Assembly: GCF_964204645.1 (NCBI RefSeq)
Contig: NC_134026.1
Span: 2,379,950 to 2,443,949 of the forward strand
DNA: 64,000 nucleotides
Origin: Tubulanus polymorphus
Taxonomy: Eukaryota; Animalia; Nemertea
Reading direction: 5' to 3'
Part shown: positions 11,971 to 26,739 of the stretch, piece after piece
How positions within the stretch are numbered: the stretch's first letter is position 1
Layout: the number at the start of each line of letters is the position of its first letter
Program-made: the position numbers and the translations under genes
The notes under the pieces: generated by a model
What the model saw: only the letters and a program-made list of their open reading frames with translations
Databases searched by the model: none
Told to the model about the DNA's origin: nothing

Positions 11971-14644
11971 TACAACAAACCCGACAGTACAGTTTTATAT
12001 TTTACCTATACATTCCCCGGTTATAAATCAAAGCGAATCACGGAAACAGCGCATTTTTGAAACGGGAAACATGAAAAAAAAAGCAGCAACAGCAGCAGGA
12101 AACAACAGATGCAGCAACAACGCACAATGAATTATAGACGCAACGCTCATATTTTCAGTTTATATAGTTTTTGTTTATTTTCAAGTCACGACGATGAAAG
12201 GAAAATCACTTTTCATCCGTTTTTGAGGCTGCGTTACAAATATTGAGATCTATTTACAAATAATTAGATTTTTGAATCGCTTGAACTCTTTTGCATCTTT
12301 GTTATTTGATTAGATTTTATTAATCATAGTCGAGTCTTTGAAGTTTTCTATAAAAACCTTCAAGTTGTTCGGAGATAGAGAAACCGATCAGGATCAGTTA
12401 TCATTACGATTAGACTTTAAAAAATGTCATAGTTTATATACGCACGTATATTAAATATGACAGCGCAATTCAATACACATTTGAAAATGCGATCGAAATT
12501 TCTACTTGAAATTACTGATAGATGATTGAGAGCACCTGCCATCTCATCGAAATAGTCAATCAGTATACAATATGAGCAGTTATACTTCTACTATACAGGA
12601 AGTAACCAGTAATTATTGATATGACAGTTGGACCATCTGCTGCGTTTGTCGTAGTACTACCTTACTGTGCGTGCACCACCGACAGAGAGTCTAATCAAAG
12701 TGTCATAACCATCGATGATTGAAGTGTCCAACGCCTTAAAACTACACCACGCGAATTTTAATAATCAAAACGTTTTGTCTGATTTTGTACACATCATATC
12801 CAGTATATTCAATAGAAGTCGTCTGATTCACATTGACCACTGACAAGTCAGTGTATCTATTTCGGACGCGACTATCTCGACATCGCCTTTCAGCACAAAT
12901 AACAGTAATTTGATATCGAAAATAGGTTTAATCGAAAATTAACTAGAAACCATTCTGATCTTGAGAGTATCTCGGCAATAGAGAGTAGAAACTCCACCTC
13001 AAATAGTGAATGGTAATTAGGTCTGCTGATTTTACTGTCATAGGCAAACTTCATTCGAAAGTTCACTTCTTTCAGAACCCGAGGAAAGAATCACTTCAAT
13101 CGTGATTTGGTTATCGATAGCGATTTCAGATATCTTGCTCGAAACTAAACAACAAATCATTGCACATCGCAGACTTAAGTTTCGAAACCTTCGAAACCAA
13201 AATTAAAATGTCAACATATATTCGATATTCTCATTATTCTAGCCCGGTTTTCTTTCTATTCAATGCGCTTGATTTTTTTCGTGAAAATATATACAATGTG
13301 TTCTCCGGTTCATTAACGATATATCGTTCAATAACAGCGAGTTATTCGAAATACCGTACCCGGGTAAAATTGATAGTCAAAAGAAAATATAACAAAACGC
13401 GGGTGATCATACGCAGGGGAATGAGATAACAAAAGATAAAATATAATTCTATCTATTCAAGAATTTGAGATCAACAGCTTTCATTTTTATGATCTCGAGA
13501 AATCTCGAGAAACCGTCGAACAGAAATCAGAGAAAGGAGGCGAGCGGCAAAAAGAGCCACATATAAATGAAAGCGATCTTCGAAAATTCGAACAATAGTG
13601 GTGCGCGGGAAAAAAATTGACCATTCTATCCGTCGGGGAAAACATGTCAATTCATCAAAAGACTTCGAACGCAGCTCTACTCAAATTAATTATCTCTCAT
13701 TTTACTTAACGTAGTCGGGCTATAATACCGATCATTTAACTGTAAAATGATTCCCTTCATCGCGACTCATCTTATCATAAAATCGACGGATAATGTCACA
13801 CGATGTCAAAAAAAAAAAAAATACGTTTCTCGCTTCAAACGAAAGATGTTCAGTTTCTGAAATGCAACTCGTTCGTTTGAACCGCATCGCGAAAAAGATC
13901 TAGACCGAGATGGTTAATTTCATTTATTGAGAAATTGCAAATTCGGCGATCAAAGCGAAATATTGAAAATCCTGAAAATTCTCTTCTGCTGGTTTGTTCA
14001 AAATCAGTTAGTGCCCAAACAAAAGCACATACGCAATCTGTTTGTTACATTCATTCATTCATTCAGTCTTGAAGAGTTCCTTCCTGTAGAGTTTATAAGT
14101 TGGTGCACTTCTAAATGGCCAGGTCTAGATGTATGCCGATTGGTCAAAATACCAAATAAGCTCATCAATATTCAATTGAAATGCATTCAATGCAGAAATA
14201 AGAACTGACACAATGAAATACTTGACTGATGGACATGACATCAATGCTCAGATTTTCAATTATGAAGTAGGTCTATTAGAAAAACAAAGTTTTGTTCCAG
14301 AGTATTAACCATAACTTTATCTGTTCACTCACTTTTACGCACGTCCTTTGATGTTCAAAAGATTTTATACCGCGCGTAAACGATGAATACAAACTTAATT
14401 CATTTCCAGAAGTTTATTTTTAAAACGATTAACAAAACACCATCTAAACAGACCAGTCTTAAAACATGTGTTCGTCAGTAATAAAATTCTTTGAAATGAA
14501 CAGCAACTGCTATTTACTGGTCGGCTTTGATGTTAATTTCTATAATTCATTTCTCAACTGAGTTCTTCCGACTTTAAACTTCTCAACTAATTCGTTCTAC
14601 TCCGGATTCACGAAACAAGAAAGAAACGAGAAGAAACTTCTTAC

Positions 14645-14693
14645 CTCATTCGCTCGGTCCAAGTCGGCCATCACTATTTCCATTTCATCCGAC
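14645..14693 (-). CDS. CUX1: CUX/CASP coiled-coil small exon
   Basis: 49 nt, phase 2-0. SDEMEIVMADLDRANE resembles CUX1 ADEIEMIMTDLERANQ; TTTTCAG acceptor, GTAAGA donor. Confidence 0.94.
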
Positions 14694-15608
14694 CTGAAAA
14701 TACACAAAACAAGGTCATCTTAGATCAAATGCATGTAAAGTGAATCATGTCTTTAGTCTTAAAAATTGAAGATTCTGACGTACAAATTTTCTATGGTGGA
14801 GTTTTTAATTCTGTTAAGTCCTTCGTCAGCGACAAGATCGCAATTCAATCATAGATTTTTTAGCAATCAGTAATTGTGAACGATTTCTTATTTGAATGAG
14901 CATCGCGAACAAATTGAACGTTAGAACGTTAGTCGTATATCTACGATATAAACAACTACCAATTTACGATAGAAAGGTCATAATCATGGTTCAGATATAG
15001 TGAATATATATATATAAATATACTAAAACTATACTAAATTAATACGAATGAATTCTGTGTAATGATCGAGTCAGAACTGGTCATTACTAGCAATTTCTTT
15101 TCGATCAATTAATGTCCACACCCTTTGAATCAGACAAGCCTCTCCGATGCCTCTCTCTCTCTCTCTCTTATAATGTAACGTGCAAATCAAAACCGATATC
15201 AAATTTCGCACGGAAATTACTAGCGATACGAGTCCGCTACGTTTTCAAACGAGAATAGTCCCAAAAACGACCGCGGCAATATCGACGATGACAAAGAGAA
15301 GAAACACGCGGCGCGAACGTGTGGCGCGAACGTTCAAACAAACTTTACGTTTCAAACTGATCGCTGGAAATCAGCTTCATTAAAGACGAATAATAATGAT
15401 CGGATTGCACTCAAGATAATGAGCTGTAAATCTATACGTGTAAATGTCAACTGACATCCACAACTCTTATTTCAATGGATATGCAATATGCACCGATGAC
15501 ACGAGAAATTCATATTTCCTCTGTTTTTTTGTTGTGTTCATTACAATATTACTTGAATACGAGCTTCAAAAGGGAAGCGATTGTTTCCTATGATCAGAAA
15601 AAGATGGA

Positions 15609-15826
15609 CAGGGGCGAACTTCGGTTCGGTTTTTGTAGTTAGTCGACTAGTGGTTGGAACTAACCAACACACTACAATTCTGTCATCTCGGAACCAGGTC
15701 CGACCTACAGCGACCGTGCTCAATCCCGTGGTCGACTATTTCCGGACTATAGTTTCGACTAACTGACATTCCATTTTGTTCGGTTCACAAATAGTCGACT
15801 GACTCCGATAAGCGAAGTTCGCCCTG
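15609..15826. mobile_element. MITE with inverted ends
   Basis: GGGCGAACTTCG (15612-15623) and CGAAGTTCGCCC (15813-15824), with internal AGTCGACT-like subterminal repeats. No clear TSD. Confidence 0.65.
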
Positions 15827-16420
15827 ACTGAACACGATGGCCGCAGAACGGCATCGAAAAAAATGCTGCATTTTTCATTTTTCATCGTGTTGACAGTATT
15901 TATATATACTTCAATGCAAATACTGTCGACACCATGAAAAATGCAGCCAATATAATATGGCTTTTAATGTAGATTTGGAGAAAGATCGAGTGAACAAGCC
16001 ATTTACGATGATACGTGGCTTCGATAAAACGCACAAGCACGGTGATAAGGACAAAGTTTTATATACGAAATGGACAGTGAAGGAGGAATGGTGACGATAA
16101 AACAACAACTTGTGCAAATCAATATCGGAACGCCATTATCGGGTCTGTCTGGTTAACACCGAACAGCCATCAATTTACACAGACAAACAAGTCAAATAAC
16201 ACGAGTTCTCGCGTCCACAGATCAGCTATGATGCTGCTTTATGACGCTCATTTTTATGATTAATTCAAATCGATTCGAAAAACCACAACAAAACCGTAAC
16301 AATAAAAGAACTCGGTCGATAAAGTTCAACGATGAAGTTTTTAATCATTTGCCTCGGTTCTTAAGACGTAATTAAAAATTCTTTTTTCCCACGTACAAAA
16401 AACTGAGCCATCTAAAACTC

Positions 16421-16423
<3 letters not shown>

Positions 16424-16511
<88 letters not shown>
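16424..16511. repeat. (TA)n microsatellite
   Basis: Perfect TA run. Confidence 0.95.
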
Positions 16512-16513
<2 letters not shown>

Positions 16514-16629
16514 ATCGTACTTTACAGTTATTAAGTCTAAAACAGAAATTTCTATTGAAATCACATGGCTCAAACTTCGGACTTGTTTTTTAACAAAATA
16601 GGGTTAGATTCAACTTTTAGTCAAGTTAG

Positions 16630-17195
16630 TTAACTAACACAAACTGGTCAACTAAATTTACCACACAGATTACATAAAATTTACCGCGGGGATTTAACTT
16701 ACATAATGTGACATAAAGACTACATGAATTTGTTAATTGATGGAGACCCCAATGTACCAAGCCTAACGATATATATGTAATATTCTGAATTAATATCAAT
16801 TTACAAGTCGCAGATGGCAGGCAGGTCAATTACTAAACCTCAAGCGTATTGGTGATAAGAAAATCATTGCCCCAGTGTTCATATACAATTCTTTGAAATC
16901 AATGTTAAATCATAAAACTTTTGCATAGATTTAGTCAACTCAGTGAACCAACACAAACTGGTCAATGAAGTTCACCACAGGGATTGCATATGTGAACTTA
17001 TGTACCTTATCTTACAGCATGACTACATGAATGTGATAATTGACGGAGACCCCACCGTACCAATCCTAATGGTATATACCAAATTTCCTGAATTAACATC
17101 AATTTACAAGTTGTAGATATCAGGCAGGGATTGACCCCCAGGGTCCGAATAACATGACAATTCTTTGAATCCACGTTAAATCATCAAACTTTCAA
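16630..17195. repeat. Diverged tandem duplication, two units of about 310 bp
   Basis: aacacaaactggtcaa, gactacatgaat, ggagacccca, atcaatttacaagt, caggcagg and caattctttgaa occur twice in the same order. Confidence 0.85.
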
Positions 17196-20100
17196 ATACA
17201 TCTTAATTCAATTCAGTAAGATAGAAAACGATTTCGACGATACTTGAAATACAATTAAAATGCAGCTTAAATTATGACGAATAGAATAGATATCAATGAC
17301 ATACCTTGAATTCGAGCGAGTGACATCTCAGAAGAAAGCGCTTCTACTCAATGATAAACCTCACGCGCATGTCTCGCGTTATATATTTATTCCAATTATT
17401 AATTTATTGATTGTTTTAATGCAGTACGGTGAACCCGACGATGTTTAACCAACCGTGTGATAACCACAACGACAACGAAATCGTTCCAAATTTGACAAGT
17501 TTTTTTCGCCTATTTTTTCGCCGCCGGTGCTAGCGACCGATACACGACGACGACGGGGACGATGCGCGTACGGGGATACCGCGGATACCACCCGCCCCGA
17601 TGCGCATATACGACGCAATAAGCCCCGAAGGTGCGTATAAATACAGGGCAAACGAGTCTCTCTCTCTCTCGTAAAGAGAATGAGATAAAATTAATGAAGA
17701 AAGAGAATGAAGAGATCGTACGGCAGGGGTGGTGGCTCACGCGGCCGATCAGGTAAGAAGTTTTCATACAGTTCGACTGATATCTATCTATAAATCAGCG
17801 CAATCGCGTTCAGCCAATCGCGTTCATTCAACGCCGGCAATCATAATTTGATGCTAATTTGTATTAAAGCCATCGTGAAAATGAGGATTGATTCACACGT
17901 GAGTCGTGTGTCGCCGCGCCGCCGCAGCCGTGCCCCGGCTAACTCGCACCGATATAAACCAATAACGGCACATTTTGAATTCGATTCGTAAGAACGCGAG
18001 CGTCGATGCCGACAGCGAACGAAGGGGGGCTCCTATTGAAATTGGAAAATTCGTTAGAAACCGAATTTAATCGGTATTCGCGCCGAACCGAGCCGAGTTT
18101 CGCTAAATACCATCAATCGAATCGATACGAGGCCGAAGGGCAGATTTTACACCGACGACGACGGAAACAGCCGATAAATGACAACTCTTTCAGAAAAATA
18201 CCAATAATAATGTTGATTTATCATCTACAGATCAGAATAATACAATTTACAGTTGCGTGTCTCCCCTCGAGGCAAACAATGAGGTGAAATACAGCGCCGA
18301 AAAATTCACCGATTAACGACCGAACGAGCTGGGTCAGTATTTTTCACCCGCGGGTCGTTTTATCGGATCGCGTCGTTATTCGTTATAAAACGATTCGCCG
18401 AATCTTTAAAAAACTCGCCGCGCGATAACTTTCGAAAGAAAAAGAGACACAGACGAAGACGCTTTGATTTACCCTAACCCTCGGTGTCATCTGATAATCT
18501 TTATGTATCTAAGGACAGCACTTAACGGTATATTGATCTGCTAATGGACCCGATATTTAAGATTTGTCCATCTGTTTCAATAACACACGAGACACAAACG
18601 ATGTTCAAAGGCCGGATATCGATGGAACGGATGTTGAAGAAAATGTTTTTAAAATCTATAGATTCGCGGAGAGATATGAAATCGGTGTAAGACCTCGGCG
18701 AACTTATCGAATGAGGAAGGACGATAAAAATAGAGCTAACCGCAAAAGTTCAGGAGCCTGATTCCCCGAGTCAAAACTAACGACGTGGCGGTGGTTTTGA
18801 TTCGTACCCAGTCGTACCCTGGGTAATAGAAAGTAAAGCCCGATCGGCGACAAATTCTCTACGATATCGCCTAGTCAGCGGACACCGGCAACCTTCAGCA
18901 GCCGAGATCGGCCGAAATCGCCCGAGTCACCTAGTGCGCACTGCTACCAGCGACAAGTCAGTTCAAATCCCATAAAATAGCAAATCAGTGCCGAGATAGA
19001 AATCATGTACGAATTCACGAATAGGGAAAAAATGAAGTGATGCCAACAGCTAGAAGCGCCACGTTACGACTCTTGATTCGGCCACAAAAATCACCATCTG
19101 CGACCGGCTGACGGTCGTCGGTGATTTAAACCGAAGTTGCCGGCGATTAAAAATCAAACAATTTGGTAAAAATTGTGCGAGCGGGGTTTAGTCGATTTAC
19201 AATCTGAAGAAGACGAGCGAAACTACGACTGCCTAACTCAGCCTCGACGCTCACAGAATTATCGAAAACCTATTAACGACTAAGTCGCAATTGCGATGAC
19301 TGAAAAGAGATACAGCAATTTGTTTTATAGGCTCCTTAGTTACCAAAACAGCGTTGAACCTAATCATCCGACAGCGTGTATCATCAGTCAATCGATGTGT
19401 CATTATCTGCAACATTCATTACTGAAAATATATCTATAGCAACAATACTCCCAATAGACAGGTCATAAAGACACATAATGCTCCAACATTTATTGCAATC
19501 CAATAAACTGGAAAATGCACCAAGCGATCCATCGTCAGTCAGTTAGTCTACGCTCGTTCACGAACAGTATAAACAGATTAATATTGTAGATAATGAGAAA
19601 GACATATGAAGACTGCTTCGTTGCTGGCTTAGTTTTCAGTTGAACAACGATATTTTTCGTTTATCTCGGGACTGTGGGGGCATTGATGAGAGATCACGGA
19701 CCAAGCGGGCAAAAGAAAGAGAGAGAGTGAGACAAAGAGAGTGAGGCGAGACAGAGAGTGGAACGGCTGACTAGTTTAATTACTACATATTAACCTGGAC
19801 CCAGTTCCACAGTTGCGAGTGAGAGTCGACTAAACAAGAACCGTACAAATGACTCCTGTTTACTGACGTATCACTTTTCCAGTTGAGAGACTGATATAAC
19901 CAACCGCTGCGCTATGACCTGCAACCAGTTCTTTTTGCCTATCATCGTCATTTCGCTGCGAGGGAAACATTTTCCATCTCGACGCTTACAAGACGAGAGC
20001 TCGGGTATGGTATAAACGAGCATGATTATTCTCCTTTGCTTCGACTTCGTGTCGAGCCATTAAGGTTAATGTTTGCATGAGCCGATGAGCGAGCGCGCGC

Positions 20101-23100
20101 ACGCGCCGGTGCGGTCATCATTTTCCTTACGTCGTCGTCGCCGCCGCGCGAAGGATGCACCGGTGCACAAAAAACCAATCGGCAAGTTGTTTCAATCACC
20201 GCTGGATCAAACAGTGTAATCACGGTTATTGCCGACCGGGCTTTGTTCCGCGGCGACAACAGCCCTTTGACACAGTAATCCCGATGGAATGCTATCAACA
20301 AGATCAAAGCCGCAGTAGTAAGCCCTTCTTTAAGGTGTCAAACGATCAAACCAATGGACTGGCACGTAGATATATATACACGTTCCTGATCCCCTTGTTT
20401 GCATTAATATCGAATAGTTATTCTCATAGCGGGTCAAATCTGAGGCCTGAACCGATGCATCCAGTTGAACCGCGATGACGCGGCCATTAACGAAAATTAA
20501 TCGACGACTTCAAAGCGTTCAGTAATGATTATCAGTCGCAAATTAATTACCGAAACGTGAGTCAATGCGACGATCTTTAATCGCGTGGTCTTAGATCGCG
20601 AGGAAATAGTTGTGAAATTATTACTTACCATCATCTTAAAACAAATCATCAAAAGAATGAGAGGGTTGGAATAGTGCAACACCTCGTCATGCCTCGGCCC
20701 TGATATAAATTCGGTATCGACTATGAATTCATCTATTTTTTGATCGCTTGATCACAGTTGTCACAATTTGTGGCCAAATGGTATTTTTCCCCGACCAGCC
20801 ATTCTTGCGCACAAAATAATCACAGAACTGTATCGGGATTTATTTGAAGCCAGAGTTCTGAGAATCATTTGATAGCAAAGTCTATGATGAAGTACGGTTA
20901 TTACGCGCAAAACAAAGGACAAACTAAATATTGATTGTGAAAATATTGCGAATTCAATGGGCTCTTCAAGGGCCAAATTCGCAGTTAGATTTACTGCCAT
21001 TTTATTTAACGTTTCTAAAAGAACTTTAATTAATCGATACAAGCGATATTTTAATGTGATGGAGTGCACTTCAAGAGTACTACAAACTATATTCGTGCTA
21101 TCTACTATTTCACCTATCTATCTATTGTCGTACGACTAGCAGCCATTTTTTTTGCAACGGGCCTCGTTACAGATGAAATCATTTCTTAATCGGATAATTC
21201 TTAGTTACCGGGTTTCTTTCAGCCATTCGGCCGACGTCTCCCAACGAGCCGAGATTTTTTTCTTCAATTCATCCGAAGAATGAATCCCTTAATGCCGTTC
21301 GGATAACGACCAGGTCCGATTCCAAAAACTTCGATCAATGATTTTACAAAATGATAACTGAATGAACATTCTCAAACGCAATAGATATATTATTTTCAGG
21401 AAGAGAGAGCGGCAGAGAGAGAGAGGCAAAGAGAGAGAGAGGCAAAGAGAGAGCGATGAGAGTTTGCTATACGAACGAACGAAGAAACACTGTAATTCGA
21501 ATACACCATTCGTTTATACAGAAAGGCAGAGAAATGACATTTGCAATGATTTTTTAAGTCGGAATCGTTGAATTCTCCCGATAGAATCCGTCTTACAGAT
21601 AGATTTTCCTCATCTGATTCACGACGAAGACGACGAAGACGAATCTTCGGTTGCATGAGATCATGCAATCACGAAACATTCTTGAATTCAATACAATGAA
21701 CGTTGACAAGGTGGCTTATTCGTACGCTGCAGAGGCTCGACCGAAACATACCCGCTACTTCCGATCTGACATGCAACTTCTGGCTTAGAAAAATCTAATG
21801 ATTCCAATCGAATTCAGGTTGTCATCTCGAATCTATGATTACACGAAAGTGACATTTCACAAATACCGCCTGCATACGATATGTACATATATACCTAGTA
21901 GCTAGAAAAATAGCAGTCATTAAGTTGCCATTTTTACGAATGACGAGTGAGTGCATTCTAGAAGTTACTGAAGGCACTCCATGAAGAAGTTCACACTGAA
22001 ATTGGTTATAGCCGCGTTCACATCACGTTATTCAAAACTTTCTAAATTTAGTCCAAGCCGACCAAGCATTCGTTCTATCGAAACGTCAGTTCTATTTCAG
22101 ATCAGATCAACTCAGCTGACCAAAAGATACATCCATATCTGTTCTAAATTTCAAAAACAACCATTTCTGTGAATAGAAACTTAAGTCTGTCAATCAGTTT
22201 TGCGTCTAGCTGGACCAGCGATAAGAGCTGATTTAAAACCATGAATGAAGGTACAGCAATGATTTGGTCCATGCTCAATGGGTCCGTTCCACAGGCATGG
22301 GCCAAATTAGAACAACGAACAAGCAATAATGTGAATGCACCTAAATAGTAATTCTATTTTATGGACTTGTTCTGGATGAAATTTGCGCGTTGAACACAGG
22401 TATTTATAGCTGATTCTACAAACCGTCTCTCGGTTGTGCTGCAAACAAAGTAAGGCAGAATTTGATAACAGTTGATAACGACGAATGACGCCGGTGATAA
22501 ATAAGAAATCAGGGACTCGGTTAAAACTAGCTTCAAGCGAGATATTTCAAGGGATGGAATTGAAGTCCCCCGAACCAGGAAACAACCCGATCCATCGCGC
22601 TATATATAGAGTATCATTCTGTACTGACGATTTCATCTCAGGACAGGAAACTTTCGCTTCAAATTTGTCAGATAACATTATACTGGAGTCGCTGCGGACC
22701 GGTTATAAAGTCAATACAACTTAGATCTTTACCGAACTAGTAAGAGTTGACGATTGCTGTCGCAGCGTGGAGGTGACAACTTCTCAAAACTCCCATCCGA
22801 CAGTTGCATTTATCAAATTGCCATTTGTCGGAGGTTCTTCCGATAGCCATCGGAATATTTCGATGATGGTGGAAGTATAATTACGATCTTTCGCAAGATT
22901 AAGCATAAACGATAGCCGCGATATATTCACGTTGAAGATGACACGTCCATAGTTGAGTCATTGATGAAGACAATCTTTTAACTCATTCTCCATCATGGCC
23001 TTCTACTCGGCGAGCGAGAGCTTAAGAGCAATTCAGTTTAACATAAGTCTGAGTAAGAATTGAGAAGATACGCCACGAGTGCTCTATATGTTTTGATTCC

Positions 23101-24589
23101 GGAATCAAATCAATTGAAGGAAAATCAAAAGTTATAATCAGGAAGAAAAGCATAGGATCTATTTAAGAGGGGCCCCATTTATTTGATATACCTTTTCCCC
23201 GATTACTCCCCGACATAGAAACTGTTCGATTAGCAATTTCAACAAATTTCACAGACTTTTCCTTGATTTTTAGTTTTTTAACAAATTTCCCCTAACTGTT
23301 CCCTGACTTTTTTAAAGAATAGAAAATTGCCCTCATTATCCCTGATTTTCAGGTAAGTGCGACCCCCCCTGTCATGTATTTTTCTCATCGAAGTTATTAC
23401 ATCGACATCGATTCTACTATTTCGCTTTTAAAGGCGAAATATTGGTGAAATTGCGTTGCCATTTTTCACCGGTGCTCTGAAGCGTGTGGTGAATTTCCCA
23501 GAATCGATTTCTATCTATCAGTAAATTACAATAACACTTTATGCAATATCAGTCTCATCATGCGATGACAATAGTGTCAAACACAATTATCGACTCGCTT
23601 CACTTCAAACTCTTTCTTCGTTAATCATTATTTCTTTAACACACGCAAAGTCCTTAGGTACACGATTTCAGTTCATGCACCATCGAAAAAACAAAAAATC
23701 ATCCACCAATTCAAACCTTTTATTGAAAATACATTAATTAATGGATATAAAGCAAATACAGTTAGGAACAATGTTTTAGTTCCTGATATCTGAAAATGAA
23801 AATAATTTCCACACCTACGAACAAACAACCCAAATATTTACAACCTCAAAATCAAGAGCAGATTTCTATTTGATTGTAGAATATATCGCGAGATTACTAG
23901 ACTTATGTTGGGATATCAAAAAATTGAAACTATCTTGAAACTATGACAGGATACAAAACATTTCTGATTTCACCATTAAAAGGAAGATGTTTAATTCGAT
24001 TATTTCCTGCGTTTTCTCGATTAGAAACGCTAAGGCAAACAGTGATACGGAACTCTTAACACAGGATACTGACAATAACTAAAACACACGTTCGTTTTGT
24101 TGTTGCTCTTTGACTCAACCTTCAGGTCATCAGCTTCTAAAGGTACATATTTTCATTTAGATGAAATTGAAATTACATCAAAAAGGTTTGTACGGAACTA
24201 CTGCATCAGTTCAAATAAACGCAGTTTATGAACATCTAATATTACAAAGAATCCAGCATAGCAATACGGTCTTTACACCTAACATAATGCAAGCATGTAT
24301 GTATATATATACATTTTGAATTTTAAAAAAGTAACATTAAGTTGATATAATACATTTCCAAAGGAAAGCATTGATTTGTCAACACCAGTGAACAATCTAA
24401 AGCCTATTATGGTTTTATTTGCCGGCTGCAAGTTTGCCATATCTCGTTACTTTGATCGATAAGTTGCCGGCTTTGAAGTTGACGACGGTTTTTCTTTTGA
24501 TTTCGCGCCCGCAAATTGATGAACGCCAGTTTTTTCCGTACATAATAGTGGTTATATGTACATATGTACATATATACATATATATATAT

Positions 24590-24612
24590 ACGAATTGAAT
24601 TTATTAAATATC

Positions 24613-24700
<88 letters not shown>

Positions 24701-24733
24701 GTGTAGATACGATATTTAATAAATTCAATTCGT
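24590..24733. repeat. 26-bp perfect inverted repeat enclosing a (TA)n tract
   Basis: ACGAATTGAATTTATTAAATATCGTA (24590-24615), then (TA)n, then TACGATATTTAATAAATTCAATTCGT (24708-24733). Confidence 0.92.
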
Positions 24734-26152
24734 TTAACAATAGATCGGATACGACGCCGAGAAATCATTGAAATTCGTAAATCGTCGTTCGTTCCGAGTC
24801 TTTGTTACGAATTCAAAAAATTCACAGACATCATTATTCGTCATCATCAGTAAATCTATACCGCGTCAGACGACGTTTATTGGAGGTAACTAACTTTGGG
24901 ACGTTCTACGAGGGTAGGACTGACGAAATTTCATTAATATTATATCTGTTCCGTACATCTTTATAGACGTGTTAAATACTATTCTTTAACCAACATTTCC
25001 CCTACCGCCCAACCGCACCCCCTCCCCCCCCCCCCCGGTGTCTGAAATGAAGTCTTACTATTATCATTACTATTATCATCATTAAGAAAACATAACAAAA
25101 ACGAATTTGGATTATGGCGTAATTTTCTATGTTTTCGTATGTAGATAATAAAAGCTGAAATAATATCTGCGATAGAGATAGATGTATGAGAGAACCTGAT
25201 CCGAAATATTTAGCGAATTCGACTGTCAAAATGATGAACATGACACATACCTAGACGAGCGTATCAGTTGTCATTGTGAGCTATTATATAAATATTGCCA
25301 GAAATTGAATTTCCACCCACAGACAAGAACACGAAGAAACTTTTCCCAACGTTCGCATCGATCATAATACGATTCCGCGATCAAATTCGTTTGAAGTTTG
25401 GCCACGAATTTCAGAATTATAGATGAACAAAGAAGAAGCATATCTATGTGATATGTACGAGATGAACGGCATCATCTCATAACATAATATTACAATTTAG
25501 ATCTCATTGCATTGGCACGTGTATTATTACACCACGTACATAATCTATGACACATCGAAGTTTCCTTGAAAACTTGTGTGAAGTTGGTGAGCTCGCCGAA
25601 TCGATATCAATGCAACAGCAAGACTCAAGTTGCACAGTAAGTTCTCAGATTTGAAGTCTTTGATACGAACACGTTTCAGACGTAGAATAGATTTTTTCAG
25701 TGGTTTTTGATTTTTTTTCAACGTCGGCAGAAAAACTCGATAATTTGGCAACAAAAAAAAAAGAAATTCTACAATAATTCATCGAACAATTTGCATTTCG
25801 TTCCACTACATTTCGACTAGTAATTGCTGTGCATTGATCTCCAATCATAGCTGTTATTAGGACCCATCTTGTCGCTAATTACCCTATATTGATTTTCTCC
25901 AAATGAGCTTAATGACTATGCGTGATAATATCAGCTTAAAACCCCTCTCTAAGAAGAGGGTTAAGTAATAACTTGTCGATAAGGCACTGAATATTGGACA
26001 ATTGATTACCAATAATAGATGTTCTCCGACCACATGATTGCAATAAATCAGAATTTCTTACGTCGCGGGAAGATTTTATATATTGTGAATGTAGACATCT
26101 GAACATATTGAAGATAGAGATCGATGTCGGTGGAGAAGATGTTTGTACTTAC

Positions 26153-26219
26153 TTAGCGGAGGTTGCTTCGTCGTATTTGGCTTTGAGATCAAACAGTTCA
26201 GATTGATTTCCATCCAAGG
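26153..26219 (-). CDS. CUX1: CUX/CASP coiled-coil exon
   Basis: 67 nt, phase 1-2. ALDGNQSELFDLKAKYDEATSAK resembles CUX1 ELFDLKTKYDEE; TTTTTCAG acceptor, GTAAGT donor. Confidence 0.95.
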
Positions 26220-26739
26220 CTGAAAAAGCATCGAAAATAACGAACTTTATCGACGTAACGAGATGAAACGGAATTCGGCGTCCGAAAATATCCAGTTACA
26301 TCTGACGACAGTAATCTCCAAGAGGGGTTTAAGACGGGCGACCGATCTGTTAAATGTAACATCCACAACTCTGAAAATCAGCCCGTTTTAAAACGTCTGC
26401 ACCTGCCTATCTATACATCAAGTTGATGTCAATTCTAACAAAGCTTTGAAAACTAGTGATTCAACATAGAAAAATAGCACATTTCACCAAAATCAAGCTT
26501 TATATTCATAACTTAAGTGGACACCAATAGCTTAAGTTACTTTAAAATATCATATTTCTGATAGACTTGCATGTAAAGAGCACCGACTACAACCCCCTGT
26601 ATGAGGACACCGGTCGAGGTAAATTAGAGTCTCGAAAACTGAGAACAAGTTTAAAGCCGGCTAATATTGTTCCCCCCATAATATATGGAATATTGAAGGA
26701 ACAAACTGGACTCTGCACTAGTAAATCGATGATATTTAC

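Noticed and set aside
25251-25274. ATG...TAG|GTATGT mini-exon candidate on the minus strand
   Set aside because: The frame ends in a stop codon at the donor and cannot join the phase-2 acceptor at 14693.
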